Position numbers and translations under genes: made by a program
The notes under the pieces: model-generated
What the model was told of the DNA's origin: nothing
The model's database searches: none
Seen by the model: the letters and a program-made list of their open reading frames with translations, nothing else
In this document: positions 18,426 to 28,604 of the stretch, piece by piece
How the letters are laid out: the number at the start of each line of letters is the position of its first letter
How positions within the stretch are numbered: position 1 is the stretch's first letter
Assembly: GCA_963834795.1 (NCBI GenBank)
Contig: CAWIDL010000032.1
Coordinates: forward strand, 168,769-232,768
DNA: 64,000 bases
Origin: an uncultured delta proteobacterium
GTDB lineage: Bacteria > Desulfobacterota > Desulfobaccia > Desulfobaccales > 0-14-0-80-60-11
Reading direction: 5' to 3'

Positions 18426-18477
18426 CTTGCCACTAGCCGCTCTCCTGAGATCTTTGCATATGATTCGAATATGGAAA
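18426..18477. repeat. Diverged copy of junction motif P with a near-perfect palindromic site
   Basis: CTTGCCACTA..ATCTTTGCATAT-GATTCGA-ATATGGAAA; arms at 18453-18461 and 18469-18477. Confidence 0.7.
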
Positions 18478-18740
18478 TCTGTTAAAATGAAAAAGCCCTG
18501 GGTCGAAATCCCCAGGGTTGCAAATGAACTTTTACTTGATTCAAACTCTCAAATTTGAAATCATACTGGCAAAAATACATGGCGAAATTTTCGCCATTTT
18601 ATGTCAACTCGCCAAGGGGCCTTCTGTCCAAGCCCTTGAAATTATCAGGCATGTAGATGCCTGTTTTGACAGGAAAAAGTCCCAGTGGGTCTCGATCCGC
18701 AGCTGCCGGTAGCCATCTTCCAGGGAAGCCATTTCCCACT

Positions 18741-20051
18741 TCATCGCGGCTTCTCCGGCCGCCAACTCGAAGCCAGGAGGCTGCGGGCCTCCTTTACCAC
18801 CGGAGCGCCCAGGCTGCGGACGATTCTCTGGATGTAGGGATCGATATGGGAAAAGAATTGCTTCCAGCCCCGGCACAGGTAGTTCAGCCCCGGCTCGCCC
18901 TCGGGGGTCTTTAGGAAGCGGTTCTTGGGGCATCCGCCGAAGCAGGCAAACTCATACTCGCAGCGCCGGCAGTATTCGGGGAGGGTTCCTTCCTTGCCCT
19001 TGCCGAAGCGCTCCTGGCCCTCTGAATAGGCCAGGTCTTCCAGGGGTTGTTCGAGGATATTGCCCAGGCGGTACTCGGGATAGACGTAGTGGTCGCAGGC
19101 ATAAACCGAGCCGTCGTGCTCCAGGGCCAGCCCCTTGCCGCACATGGGGGCCTGGGTGCACAGGGGCGAGATGTGTCCCATCCAGGTCTCCACCGCGGCC
19201 TCGAAATAATGCACGTAGATCTGTCCCAGGTCCTTCCGGTACCACTCGTCGAAGATACGGCAGAGAAACTCGCCCCAGTCATCCGGATCGACGCACCAGT
19301 CCTCCACGATGGACTCGGGATGGCCGGGCCGTGCCTGGGGAGAACCATCCAGCGGCAGGAGCCGCTGGCCCCCGTACTGCGGCGGCGTATACCAAAAGCC
19401 CACGGGCTCGACGATGGGAATGAATTGCAGGCGTTTGGCGCCCACCTCATCCCGGAGAAACCGATAGACCTGGAGCGGCTGCCTGGCGGTCAGCCGGTTC
19501 ACGCAGCTCAGGGTGGCAAAGTTGACCCGGTGTTTTTTAAGCAGCCGGGCCGCCCGGAAGACCCGGTCGAAGCTCCCTGCCCCCGTCTTGTCCTTGCGGT
19601 AATGGTCATGCAGTTCTTTGGGGCCGTCGAGGCTTAATCCCACCAGGAAATTATGCTCCCCCAGGAACTCGCACCAGGCCTCGTCCAGGAGGGTACCGTT
19701 GGTCTGGAGGTCGTTCTCACAGCGGACATGGGGCGGGCAGTAGCGCTGCTGCAACTCCACAACCCTACGGAAGAAGGACAGGCCCAGCAGGGTGGGCTCT
19801 CCCCCCTGCCAGGAAAAGACAACCTCCTGGTAGTTTTGGCCCTGGAAATATTGGCGGATAAAGGCCTCCAGAATTTCGTCGGTGATGCGCCAGCGGTTTT
19901 CCGTGGTGAGCAGGACCTGCTTGGAGAGATAATAGCAGTAGGTGCAGTGGAGGTTGCAGAGCGGCCCCGTGGGCTTCACCATCACGTGCATACGCCGCAC
20001 GGGCTTGCCCCGCCAGAGACGGGCCTTGAATGCTTGGGGCTCTCTTCCCAC
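18741..20051 (-). CDS. Anaerobic sulfatase-maturating radical SAM/SPASM enzyme (anSME)
   Basis: KPTGPLCNLHCTYCYYL, WQGGEPTL, QTNGTLL, YACDH and C..C.....C.GGCPK SPASM motifs; adjacent to the sulfatase. Confidence 0.95.
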   Translation of the reverse strand: MGREPQAFKARLWRGKPVRRMHVMVKPTGPLCNLHCTYCYYLSKQVLLTTENRWRITDEILEAFIRQYFQGQNYQEVVFSWQGGEPTLLGLSFFRRVVELQQRYCPPHVRCENDLQTNGTLLDEAWCEFLGEHNFLVGLSLDGPKELHDHYRKDKTGAGSFDRVFRAARLLKKHRVNFATLSCVNRLTARQPLQVYRFLRDEVGAKRLQFIPIVEPVGFWYTPPQYGGQRLLPLDGSPQARPGHPESIVEDWCVDPDDWGEFLCRIFDEWYRKDLGQIYVHYFEAAVETWMGHISPLCTQAPMCGKGLALEHDGSVYACDHYVYPEYRLGNILEQPLEDLAYSEGQERFGKGKEGTLPEYCRRCEYEFACFGGCPKNRFLKTPEGEPGLNYLCRGWKQFFSHIDPYIQRIVRSLGAPVVKEARSLLASSWRPEKPR

Positions 20052-20245
20052 AACTATCTTCTCGCCCCGCCTTGCCTGTGGACCTGCCGCGTTATCGTGA
20101 TAGGCCTCTCTTCAAGAATTTTTCTAACTGATGGGTTAATTAATGCTAAGAACTCCTCCCTGAGTGTCAATCGTTTGTCTTCAGAATGCTTTCCCGAAAA
20201 CGATTTTTCCTGGGCTATTGAAAGGTGAATTAAAAGCGTCACTAA

Positions 20246-20400
20246 CTTGCCACTATACGCCCTTCCGCTAATCTTTCCATATGATGCGTATCTCAGAAAC
20301 TTTTGTAAATGGAATTTGGATTGGTAATTTTAAAAGATTGAAAAATTTTCAGGGAGATCATATTGACCAGGGGGGACGGGACTCCAATCCCCGGGGTTGC
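20246..20400 (+). repeat. Junction motifs P+Q (155 bp, near-identical to 44494-44648)
   Basis: CTTGCCACTATACGCCCTTCCGCTAATCTTTCCATATG through GGGACTCCAATCCCCGGGGTTGC; 2 mismatches seen between the copies. Confidence 0.95.
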
Positions 20401-20461
20401 TTCCCTCCAATTTTCGTCCCCTCCGGTCCACCCAAAATCATTTGAGAGTGTTAACAATAGA

Positions 20462-21793
20462 CGGCTACATTTGCCTTTTTCAGTTGCCCGTCTCCGCGTC
20501 CTCTGCTTCTCTGCGGTGAACGCTTGGGCCCTGCGGCTACATTTGCTTTTTTCAGTTACCCGGTATATACATAATCTTTGACGGACTCTCATGATATTAA
20601 TCGGAGCGTGAAATAGATTAATTTTTCACAGTTACACTCAAGGGAGATGGAATTTTGGGAAATCCAAGGTTAATCAATTTTTTGCTCTGAGTAATATATA
20701 ATGTTATTAATGGGAGCATCGTATATGGGGTCCCCTCTTTATCCCTCTCCCCCGATGGGGGAGAGGGTTAGGGTGAGGGGGAATTTAATCTCTTTTCCGC
20801 TTCCGTTAAAATAATTAACGACCCTCTCATGGCAGACTTGAATAACCCTAAAAGCAGGTTTTTTGACTATTTGCTGGCAAGCAACCAACCTCTGATGGAC
20901 GGTTTTGATCATTGGCTCTTCCAGGCGGGGATGTTGTTCGGCTCCTGGGAAAAATGGTGGGGTGATGGGAAGAAGAGAGCCATGGCCCACGAAGGCCTGG
21001 ACCTCTGCGGTTTTCAAGATTCCCTGGGCGCCGCTAAAGTGGTGGACCTGAGTCTAAAGATACCTGCTGCCTTTGCCGGGAAGATCGTAAAGATTGCCGG
21101 CGATTTTCTGGGAAAATCAATTTATCTCAGCCATGAGATCTTTTCTGAAGACAGCCTCCAGCTCTATACCATCTATGGCCACACTGAGCCCCTGGCATCC
21201 ATGGCCCCCTCCCAAGAAGTGGCGGAAGGACAGATAGTCGCCACCCTCTCCCGGTCCTTTGGCAAAAACCCCACCATTCCTCCCCACTTGCACGTCACCT
21301 TTGTCTGGCTGCCTGCTCCCCTGCCCCCCGCGCGGTTAACCTGGCAAAACCTGAGCCATGATCCTGCCATCCGGTTCATCGATCCCCTGACCGTTTTGTC
21401 GCCCCCCGCCTGAAGTCTCGCTTTCTCCAGCCAAGCGTATGGTCACGGATGGGGCATATTGACCAAAGGTGGAGGGAGTCCAGGTCTCCGGGGTTCCCCT
21501 TTTCGACTCTAAACCTGGGCAGGGACCACAGGGGGCGAGCCCCCAGGCCAGTCGTGGCGAGGATGCAAGGGTGGGCGGCGAGTGGCCTAGGGAGAAGAAC
21601 CTATCACCCAGGGCCGTTGACGCTGAAGGTGCGCCTGCGCTCTGGGCGTGATAACCGTGGTTACATTGGCCTCCCGGGCGTGGGGACAACGGTAGCCGAA
21701 AAACGACAGAGAAAGTGGCGGGGCCGGCCTCCAAGAGCACATGTATTCTGGATATGGAAAGTTTTTGGCTCTGTGATAAGTTTCGGATCATAG
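20462..21793 (+). repeat. Long direct repeat, copy B
   Basis: Partner of 13695-14924, with about 100 bp of extra sequence near 20590-20700 and a more diverged R module. Confidence 0.95.
20829..21413 (+). CDS. M23-family metallopeptidase-like protein, intact copy
   Basis: HEGLD (HxxxD), YGH and PHLH (HxH) motifs. Confidence 0.8.
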   Translation: MADLNNPKSRFFDYLLASNQPLMDGFDHWLFQAGMLFGSWEKWWGDGKKRAMAHEGLDLCGFQDSLGAAKVVDLSLKIPAAFAGKIVKIAGDFLGKSIYLSHEIFSEDSLQLYTIYGHTEPLASMAPSQEVAEGQIVATLSRSFGKNPTIPPHLHVTFVWLPAPLPPARLTWQNLSHDPAIRFIDPLTVLSPPA

Positions 21794-21807
21794 CAGGTAT
21801 ATTGAAC

Positions 21808-24459
21808 TCATCCCTCGCCGTGCAAGATAAGTCCCGACCAGAAGTAGGGATGGGGTTCTTTGGCCCGCACTTCCTGGCGGGCGACCTTCAGAGCCTCGCT
21901 CTTTGATTTCCCCTCTTTCAAGGTTTTATAAAAGGTCTGGTAAAACTTCAGGGACTCGTCCACCGGGATATTCCACAGGGCCACCATGACGCTGCGGGCC
22001 CCGGCCTGTTGGAAGGCCCGGGCGAAGTTGAGCACGCCTTCCCCCTGCATCACCCGGCCCACCCCGGTCATGCAGGCCGCCAGGGTGACCATGTCGGCGT
22101 CCAGTTTCAATTGCAGCACCTTGCTGAAGCTCAAAAAACCGTCATCGGGAGGCTTATTCTCCACCTGGGTCAGCACCAGGGTGGGTTCCTGCACCCCGGA
22201 CAGCTTGTCCGCCAAAAACCCGTGGGTGCCGAAAAACAGGTAACGATACTGGCTCAAAGTCGTTTGGCGCACCCTGGTTTCGGTGGCGTTGACGTCCAGG
22301 AGCACCTGGGGCGGCTGGGGCTTCTCCTGGAAGAGGGCCGCCAGTTCCGTTACGGTCTGGCGGGTCTCGGGGAGCGGCGGGAACTCCAGCCGGCCCCAGC
22401 CCCGGTCGGTGGCCGCCATGGTCATGGCCTTCTCGGGCCCGGCATGCTTGATCTCCCCCGCCTTTTCCTTCCCCGCCTTATAGGCCAGATAGCGGCTGCT
22501 GTCCTTGTCGTAGATGCAATCACCCAGGCCAAAGAGTGATTGAGTGGCGCGGGTCGTCCCCAAATGACGGTTCAGGGCCAGGATGGCGGCGGATTGGGAA
22601 TAGGTGACAGGCCAGCGGTCCCCCACCAAGGTGCATTTACCCCAATCCGATCCCGCCTGCACCACCAGGGCCTCGAAGGGAAAGGCCCCCAGGGCGCCGT
22701 CCGGCACGATGATCAGTTTGGTGCCTGGATTCACCCCGGCCAGGGCCGGGGCCAGGATTTCCTGATACAGGGCGGCGGCATCGTTTATGGAAAAGCGGGA
22801 TAAATCTTCGCGCCGCAGGACGCTCTGGCGGAAGGGCGCCAGCATGGCGCCCAGGCGCTTCTCCAGGGCCTCCTGGTTCACGGCCAGATGGAAGACCTGG
22901 GTCTTGCCCCCGGGCTCCACCCGGAATAAATAACTCTCCTTTTCCGCCAGTGCGTATTCCAGCAGCACCTCTCCCGGCTTCAGGGGCAGCTCCTGGGCCT
23001 TATACGGTTGGGGGTAGGCCATGGCGGCGTAGCGAGGCTCCCGGCGGCGCAGCTCGGTGACAAACCCATCGATTTCCCGTTGCAGGGCCTCCTGTTTTAA
23101 CTGGAATTCCAGGACGGGCTCCTCTTTTCGGTCACGGAACCCACGTTCCTGCATCCGTTCCAGCCTTTGTCCTTCTAGCTCCTGCAGGTTTTCCTGGAGA
23201 CTCTTTTCTTTTGCTGCCAAGTCCGGGGGCAACTGGGAGGCTACCCGGGCCGCCCCGGCGGCCAGGGCCTCCAGCATCGAACGGGCCTTGATGGCCTCAG
23301 AAAAATAGAAGGCCGCGGCCGCGGGGTCCTGTCCATAAGTTTGCAAGCCCGAAGGGGCAGGCTCGCCTTTTAGGGCCATCTCCCCCAAAACCTCCGTCAT
23401 ACCCCGATAGGCCCGAAAATAGCCGCCCATGAGGCCGGACTCGAAGAAACTGGTGCGTTCCCCCGAAGTTCGAGACCGCAGCCCTTCGATATTCTTAATG
23501 GCCTCCAGGAAGGCGGCAAACGCCCCGGGCCGGTTTCCTAACCCCTTGAGAGCCAGCCCCTTTTGCGTGTAATACTGCGCCTGGTATTGGGCCCGGTTCC
23601 AAGCCATGGGAGTAAGTTTAGAAGTCAAGAGGCTCAGTGCTGAATCGTACTTGCCGGTAGCCAAGTAGAGTTCCACCATCCCCAGGTCGCCTTGCCTACC
23701 CTGGGCCCGGCGGAAAGTAGATTCCGCCTGGCCGTAATCTTTCTTGGCCAGATAGAGAAATCCCAGGTTCCTGAGACTCACATTGGTCCAGAGGTTTTCC
23801 GGTCCCAACGCCTTTTCCCTGATCTCGGCGGCGCGCCGGGCCAGGGGCAGGGCCTGGTCATAGGACCCCATCTGGGTATAAAGGGTCGCCAGGTTGTTCA
23901 GGGCGGCCGCGGTCTGCGGGCCTTCCGGCCCCGAGACCTTCTCGCTGATCTGCAAAGCTCGCTGGCTCGGGGCCAGGGCCTTGTCATGCGCCCCCATCTG
24001 CCCATAAACAAAGGCCAGGACCATCAGGCTTTGGGCGGTCCGGGGATGTTCCGGCCCCAAGGCCTTCTCGCTGCGCTGCAGGGCCTGCTGGGCCAGGGGC
24101 AGGGCCTGGTCGAAGGAGCCGAGCTGAGAATATAACCAGGCCAGACGGGCCATGCTGGCGATGGTGAGGGGATGGTTCGGCCCCAGAGCCGTCTCGCTGA
24201 GCTTCAAGGCCTCCTGGAACGGGCGGAGGGCGCGTAAGAACATACTACTGTCCACATAATTATTGCCCTCTTTAAGCAGTTCCTTGACCTTGGCCGCCTC
24301 CGGCTTCTGGCCGGCGGCGGGCATTTCTTCATCCGCGGCAGCCTGGGTGGCCGGAGCGGCACCGGGACCTATTTTCGCGGCATAGCCAGGAGGTCCCATT
24401 AACCCCAGGAGCGTAAGGCAAAGGCAAACAGAGATGATCCAACGCATATTGTCCTCCAT
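21808..24459 (-). CDS. Secreted TPR-CHAT (caspase-like) protease
   Basis: N-terminal signal peptide, about 42-aa TPR-like repeats (ALGPEHP.TA.SL), CHAT motifs IVPDG, FFGTHG, LAACMTG, HPYFWSG. Confidence 0.93.
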   Translation of the reverse strand: MEDNMRWIISVCLCLTLLGLMGPPGYAAKIGPGAAPATQAAADEEMPAAGQKPEAAKVKELLKEGNNYVDSSMFLRALRPFQEALKLSETALGPNHPLTIASMARLAWLYSQLGSFDQALPLAQQALQRSEKALGPEHPRTAQSLMVLAFVYGQMGAHDKALAPSQRALQISEKVSGPEGPQTAAALNNLATLYTQMGSYDQALPLARRAAEIREKALGPENLWTNVSLRNLGFLYLAKKDYGQAESTFRRAQGRQGDLGMVELYLATGKYDSALSLLTSKLTPMAWNRAQYQAQYYTQKGLALKGLGNRPGAFAAFLEAIKNIEGLRSRTSGERTSFFESGLMGGYFRAYRGMTEVLGEMALKGEPAPSGLQTYGQDPAAAAFYFSEAIKARSMLEALAAGAARVASQLPPDLAAKEKSLQENLQELEGQRLERMQERGFRDRKEEPVLEFQLKQEALQREIDGFVTELRRREPRYAAMAYPQPYKAQELPLKPGEVLLEYALAEKESYLFRVEPGGKTQVFHLAVNQEALEKRLGAMLAPFRQSVLRREDLSRFSINDAAALYQEILAPALAGVNPGTKLIIVPDGALGAFPFEALVVQAGSDWGKCTLVGDRWPVTYSQSAAILALNRHLGTTRATQSLFGLGDCIYDKDSSRYLAYKAGKEKAGEIKHAGPEKAMTMAATDRGWGRLEFPPLPETRQTVTELAALFQEKPQPPQVLLDVNATETRVRQTTLSQYRYLFFGTHGFLADKLSGVQEPTLVLTQVENKPPDDGFLSFSKVLQLKLDADMVTLAACMTGVGRVMQGEGVLNFARAFQQAGARSVMVALWNIPVDESLKFYQTFYKTLKEGKSKSEALKVARQEVRAKEPHPYFWSGLILHGEG

Positions 24460-24486
24460 TGGGGGGCGGGTGATGGGGGCCCCTGA

Positions 24487-25239
24487 CTATTTTCCCCTAG
24501 CCGCTTGAGACCGGACACAGGCCTTAAGGTCCTTCAGGGCGGCATCCCCCGGCCGTTTTTGCAGCATGGCGTCCACCACCTTGGCCATTTCCGGAAACTG
24601 CTTATACTCGGCCAGAACCCCGAAGAAATACAATTCCGGGGTGACATCATCGGCCGCGGCGCCCTTCTTTAACTCCTGGTAAAGCATCTCCGCTTCCTTG
24701 ACCTTCCTCTGGGACTCTCCGGAGAGCGGCGCCGGGGCCGCCGCCTTTTCCGGTGCGGGGCAGGTGGGTGCCATGGTCTGGATGACCCCGGATTTGCTGA
24801 GGCTGGCAGGAAGCAGGACCGGCGGCGCCCCCGCCATCTGCCGGCTCGCCTTGACCGGTAGGATCTTTACTTCCGGCGGGGACGGCGGTTGCTGGCCGCC
24901 GGCGGCGGCACTCTCCGTATCTCCGGCAATTAAAGTTCCCGGCCCCTTCCAGGTCTCCTGGCGGCCGCTAGCGAAGTACAGCAGCGTGAGCGACCCCGCC
25001 TCCGGAAGCATAAGTCGGTCCCCCCGGCGGACCTTCATAAAGGCCTGCACCTTGACTGGCTCTTTGTTCTCGGTTTTATTCGAGAACGTGACTTCACCGG
25101 AAACTTTGGTGATCAGGCCCACGTCGGGCAAGGAAGTTTGGGCAGCCGCGGTGGCCGCCAGAAAGACGGTCAACACCGTCAGGCACAAGAGACCGCTGAG
25201 TTTAATTCTGCTTTTGGCCTTCATCATCGCTCCCTCCAT
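24487..25239 (-). CDS. Exported protein with a FecR-like beta-rich N-terminal region (paralogue of 27854-28604)
   Basis: Signal peptide ending AAA; GLITKVSGEV..FMKVRRGD..YFASGRQETW.GP..TPELYF.GVLA.YKQ shared with the paralogue. Confidence 0.75.
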   Translation of the reverse strand: MEGAMMKAKSRIKLSGLLCLTVLTVFLAATAAAQTSLPDVGLITKVSGEVTFSNKTENKEPVKVQAFMKVRRGDRLMLPEAGSLTLLYFASGRQETWKGPGTLIAGDTESAAAGGQQPPSPPEVKILPVKASRQMAGAPPVLLPASLSKSGVIQTMAPTCPAPEKAAAPAPLSGESQRKVKEAEMLYQELKKGAAADDVTPELYFFGVLAEYKQFPEMAKVVDAMLQKRPGDAALKDLKACVRSQAARGK

Positions 25240-25712
25240 CGTGGAAGGCTATAATTTTTTTAAGTAATCACTTTTTTAACAAATTCCAGGCATAGCAGAC
25301 CAGGCAGACACCGCGGGTGATGGTGCGCCAGAGAAAACCGAAAGCCACGTGCACATTCCACCTTCAGGCCAGTATCAGCCAACTTGAAGCCTTCATACTT
25401 CAGCATTAGCACAGTAATTGTCCCACATCTTTGCGAACAGCGTAGCAATAAAACGAGCAAGGCACCGGATATAAAGCTCCATCCTCGGCCCATGATTGGT
25501 TCCTTTTTCCTAAAATAACAGCCTACTAAATCGGGACTATGGAACGGCTGGATCTCGTCTACCCTACGTCAAGGCTCCGGGTCCTTTCCCTGAACCTCAG
25601 ACCCAAGACGCCATCCATGTCGGCGGCCTTCCTCCTCTTGGTCAGCATGATAGCATAAACCCGAATTGCCTTCCTGGTGGCTATTCTTTGATGGCAATCT
25701 GTCTGCGGTTAA

Positions 25713-27123
25713 TCATTGCACTGGCAAGGTGAGCACTGGTGTTCCTTGTGTGGTGCCGGTCTCAAACATGGATAAGATTACTTCTGTTGAAGTAAAAATA
25801 TCTTTAGAATCATAGTCTGTGTTTTTGATATAGAACCAATAGTCGCCATGCTTCACAGCGACAAAGGCATCACTAGGGCGATGTTTATTAGAGTAAATGA
25901 TGAACATTTTCTGGTTTACTTGTCCATTCAATGATTTTCCAACCAATTTACTCAGGCTCGCACGGTGTTCATTTTCATTGGCCGGACGGTCCTCAAGGGG
26001 CACATCGATGAACATGGAGAGCATATTGAGGGTTTCGTAAATTGAGCGAGTTTGCATGACAATTTTTTCGCAGTCTGGGTATGATTGCGGAGGGTTTTGG
26101 TTTCCATCGATGATTTTGTATACTTCGTATCTTCCACAGGTAAGTTTAATCAGGGGTGGATGATTGGACCACAGGAGGTTCTTGAATCGTTGTATTTTAT
26201 GTTGAAATTTTTCATTATCTTTTTTGTCCTCTTCAGTCAAGTAATAACCGGGATTTTTATCCATCTCGTCAGCCGCGCTGCGTATCTAACACCAACTCAC
26301 CAATCGCGCTATCGTTCGTTCCATCACCGATCTCGCTATCCTTCGTTCCATTATCTTTCTTACGCGTCGCCTCCCCAGTCTCCTTCCCCTTTTTGGGTCT
26401 GTTGCCGGCCTTCATGGCCGGTTCCTCTCCGCACACGATCTTATCCTGCCCTTGCCCGGTCATATGCAGGGTGACTTCATATTTTTCCGGCACTTTCGTT
26501 ACCTTTGGGTCCACCGGTTCCTTGATAGTGATCCGAATGACCCCATATTTCTTGAGATATTGACATAGCTCAACAAATTCAAAAAATTTAGGGTCCTCTT
26601 TAATATTTCCTGATGAGCTGCGGTTTCGAAGATCATTGATGGCTTTGACGCAGCAGGGGAAGATGTAATCCGCTAACCAGCCGGTCTGGAGACTTTTTAA
26701 AAGTTTGGAGGGGGGTATCGGCTCGATCATGGTTTTCGCTAGCGCCTCGCCCCTGATGGGGCTGTAGGCGATTGAAGGATGATCTTGGTAAGTAACATTG
26801 CCGCCGAGCGTGACCGCATTGCGCCATCCACCCGTCCAATTACTTTGCGGGTACGTCGAATGGAGGAAATTCCAGAGCACCGGATAATTAGCGGATAATT
26901 GAGAATCCAGGGCATAAGTCGTGTTGATGGAGGTCATTTCGAGGGTGGTCAAGGTGTCGCCGTAGCGCAGTTTAACCAGATTGGTGAGGAGCTGTTCCTT
27001 CCAGGAGGTGGAGACGGCATCAAGATAATTTTCCCGGTCCATGGGGAGTTTCCGGGGAGGTACAAGAGCGCAGCCAGCGCTGGCCAGGACGATCAGTAAA
27101 AGGACAAGAGCTCGTCTCCACAT
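25713..27123 (-). pseudogene. Lipoprotein of unknown function split by a 1-bp frameshift
   Basis: ATG at 27123 with lipobox LASAG-C. Removing one base at 26273-26274 joins the 26269-27123 and 25713-26264 frames (..QRADEMDK..). Confidence 0.7.
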
Positions 27124-27272
27124 AATACGCTCCTTTTTTTGATGTGCAAGTGGTATTGGTTTGCTGAGGTCCCTCAATAAGGCACTAAGGCCCTGGGGCC
27201 GGGTATTCAACCCCAACAGCAGGGCCGGAGAGTCTGAAAGACCTTTCTGCAAGATACCGGTGCGTTTGGATC

Positions 27273-27599
27273 CTATTCCACTTGTCCCATAGTTTTTATC
27301 TTTTCTTTCTTCTGATGTTCCATTTGTCCTTCAGTTTTCATCTCTCCGGATTCTTTCTTCTGATGTTCCATTTGTCCCCTAGTTTTTATCTTTTCTTTCT
27401 TCTGAGGTTCCATTTGTCCTTCAGTTTTCATCTCTCCGGATTCTTTCTTCTGAGGTTCCAATTGTCCTTCAGTTTTCATCTCTCCGGATTTCTTGAGTTC
27501 CCCTGCCTCATCTTTGCCCTGGCCCAGCGCGGGAACCACCAGCATAGCACTCAATATAGTACAGAGTGCCACCAGCTTGAAATTGAACTTACTGCTCAT
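27273..27599 (-). CDS. Small secreted protein made of tandem 14-16-aa repeats
   Basis: Signal peptide, then alternating KKESGEMKTEGQMExQ and KKEKIKT(R/M)GQ units; matching DNA repeats; GGAG RBS. Confidence 0.8.
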   Translation of the reverse strand: MSSKFNFKLVALCTILSAMLVVPALGQGKDEAGELKKSGEMKTEGQLEPQKKESGEMKTEGQMEPQKKEKIKTRGQMEHQKKESGEMKTEGQMEHQKKEKIKTMGQVE

Positions 27600-27853
27600 T
27601 TTTATCTTCTCCTTTGGCCTGAGATTATGCGGCAGCCTTCGCTACAGCAGTCAAAAACCGGGTTTTCGGACCTCTTTCACCGATTAACCCCGGCACGTTT
27701 CCTCTTTTGTAGCCAAATTGTCTTGTGGGAGGCAGGATAGCACAAATTTTCCTCAAAATATATTTTCTTGTAGCTTTTTAACATACCAACTCCTTGGTTC
27801 GCAGATTCTGGGGGTGGAAAGAAACGAGCCACTCTCATGACTTAGGGGGTGGC

Positions 27854-28604
27854 TTATTTGGATGACACAGATTGGGAGTGGACCCAGTCTTTCAGATCCT
27901 TCAGAGCTGGGTCTCCTGGTCTTTTTATCTGCATGGTATTAATTAGCTTCTCCATTTCTGGGTATTGTTTATAATCCGCCAGTACCCCCAGGAAATACAG
28001 CTCCGGAGTGAGGTCATCGGCCTCCACTCTCTTCCTCAAGTCCTGGCAGATTTTTTCTGCTTCCTTTATCTTAATCCGGTCTTCAGTAGAGAGGGGCGGC
28101 GGTGCCAGTCTTTTCTCCGGGCCCGGGCACTTAACGCCCCTGACGGTGGTGCCCCCCGAAGACGACAAGTTCGAACGGGGGAGTGGGAGCGACGCCCCCT
28201 CTATATGTTTGGTAACTTTGGTGGATAACATCAGCACCTGCGGTTGGGGCAACGGTTTTTTATTACCCGCGGCGGCGCTCTCCAGATCTCCGACAATTAC
28301 GGTTGCCGGGCCTTCCCAGGTCTCCTGCCGGCCGCTGGCAAAGTAGAGCAGTTGCAGCGAGCCCGGCCCTAGCAAGCTTGAGGTGATCGCCCTGGCGCAC
28401 CTTCATAAAGGCCTGGGCCTGGGTTGGTTGCTTGTGGTCGTCTTTATTCCAGTAGGTGGCCTCACCGGAGAGTTTGGTCACCAGCCCCATATTGGGAGAT
28501 GAAGTCTGGGCCGGCGCGGCCGCGGCACTCAGAAGGAGCGCGGGCGCCACGAGCCAGACGGATCCTTTTGGGAAAAAGCTCATTTTAATGGTGGTCGTCA
28601 TCAC
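27854..28604 (-). pseudogene. Exported protein paralogous to 24487-25239, frameshifted
   Basis: Two overlapping ORFs each match part of the paralogue; one extra base in the C-run at 28362-28364. Confidence 0.8.

Noticed and set aside
21808..24459. TPR-CHAT as a CRISPR-associated (Craspase-type) protease
   Set aside because: It has a signal peptide and no Cas7-11 or other cas neighbours.
25260..25493. 77-aa ORF in the CHAT operon
   Set aside because: No recognisable motif; may be a remnant and cannot be supported.
27282..27740. Phe/Leu-rich repeat ORF on the plus strand
   Set aside because: Antisense shadow of the secreted repeat peptide, which has the signal peptide and RBS.
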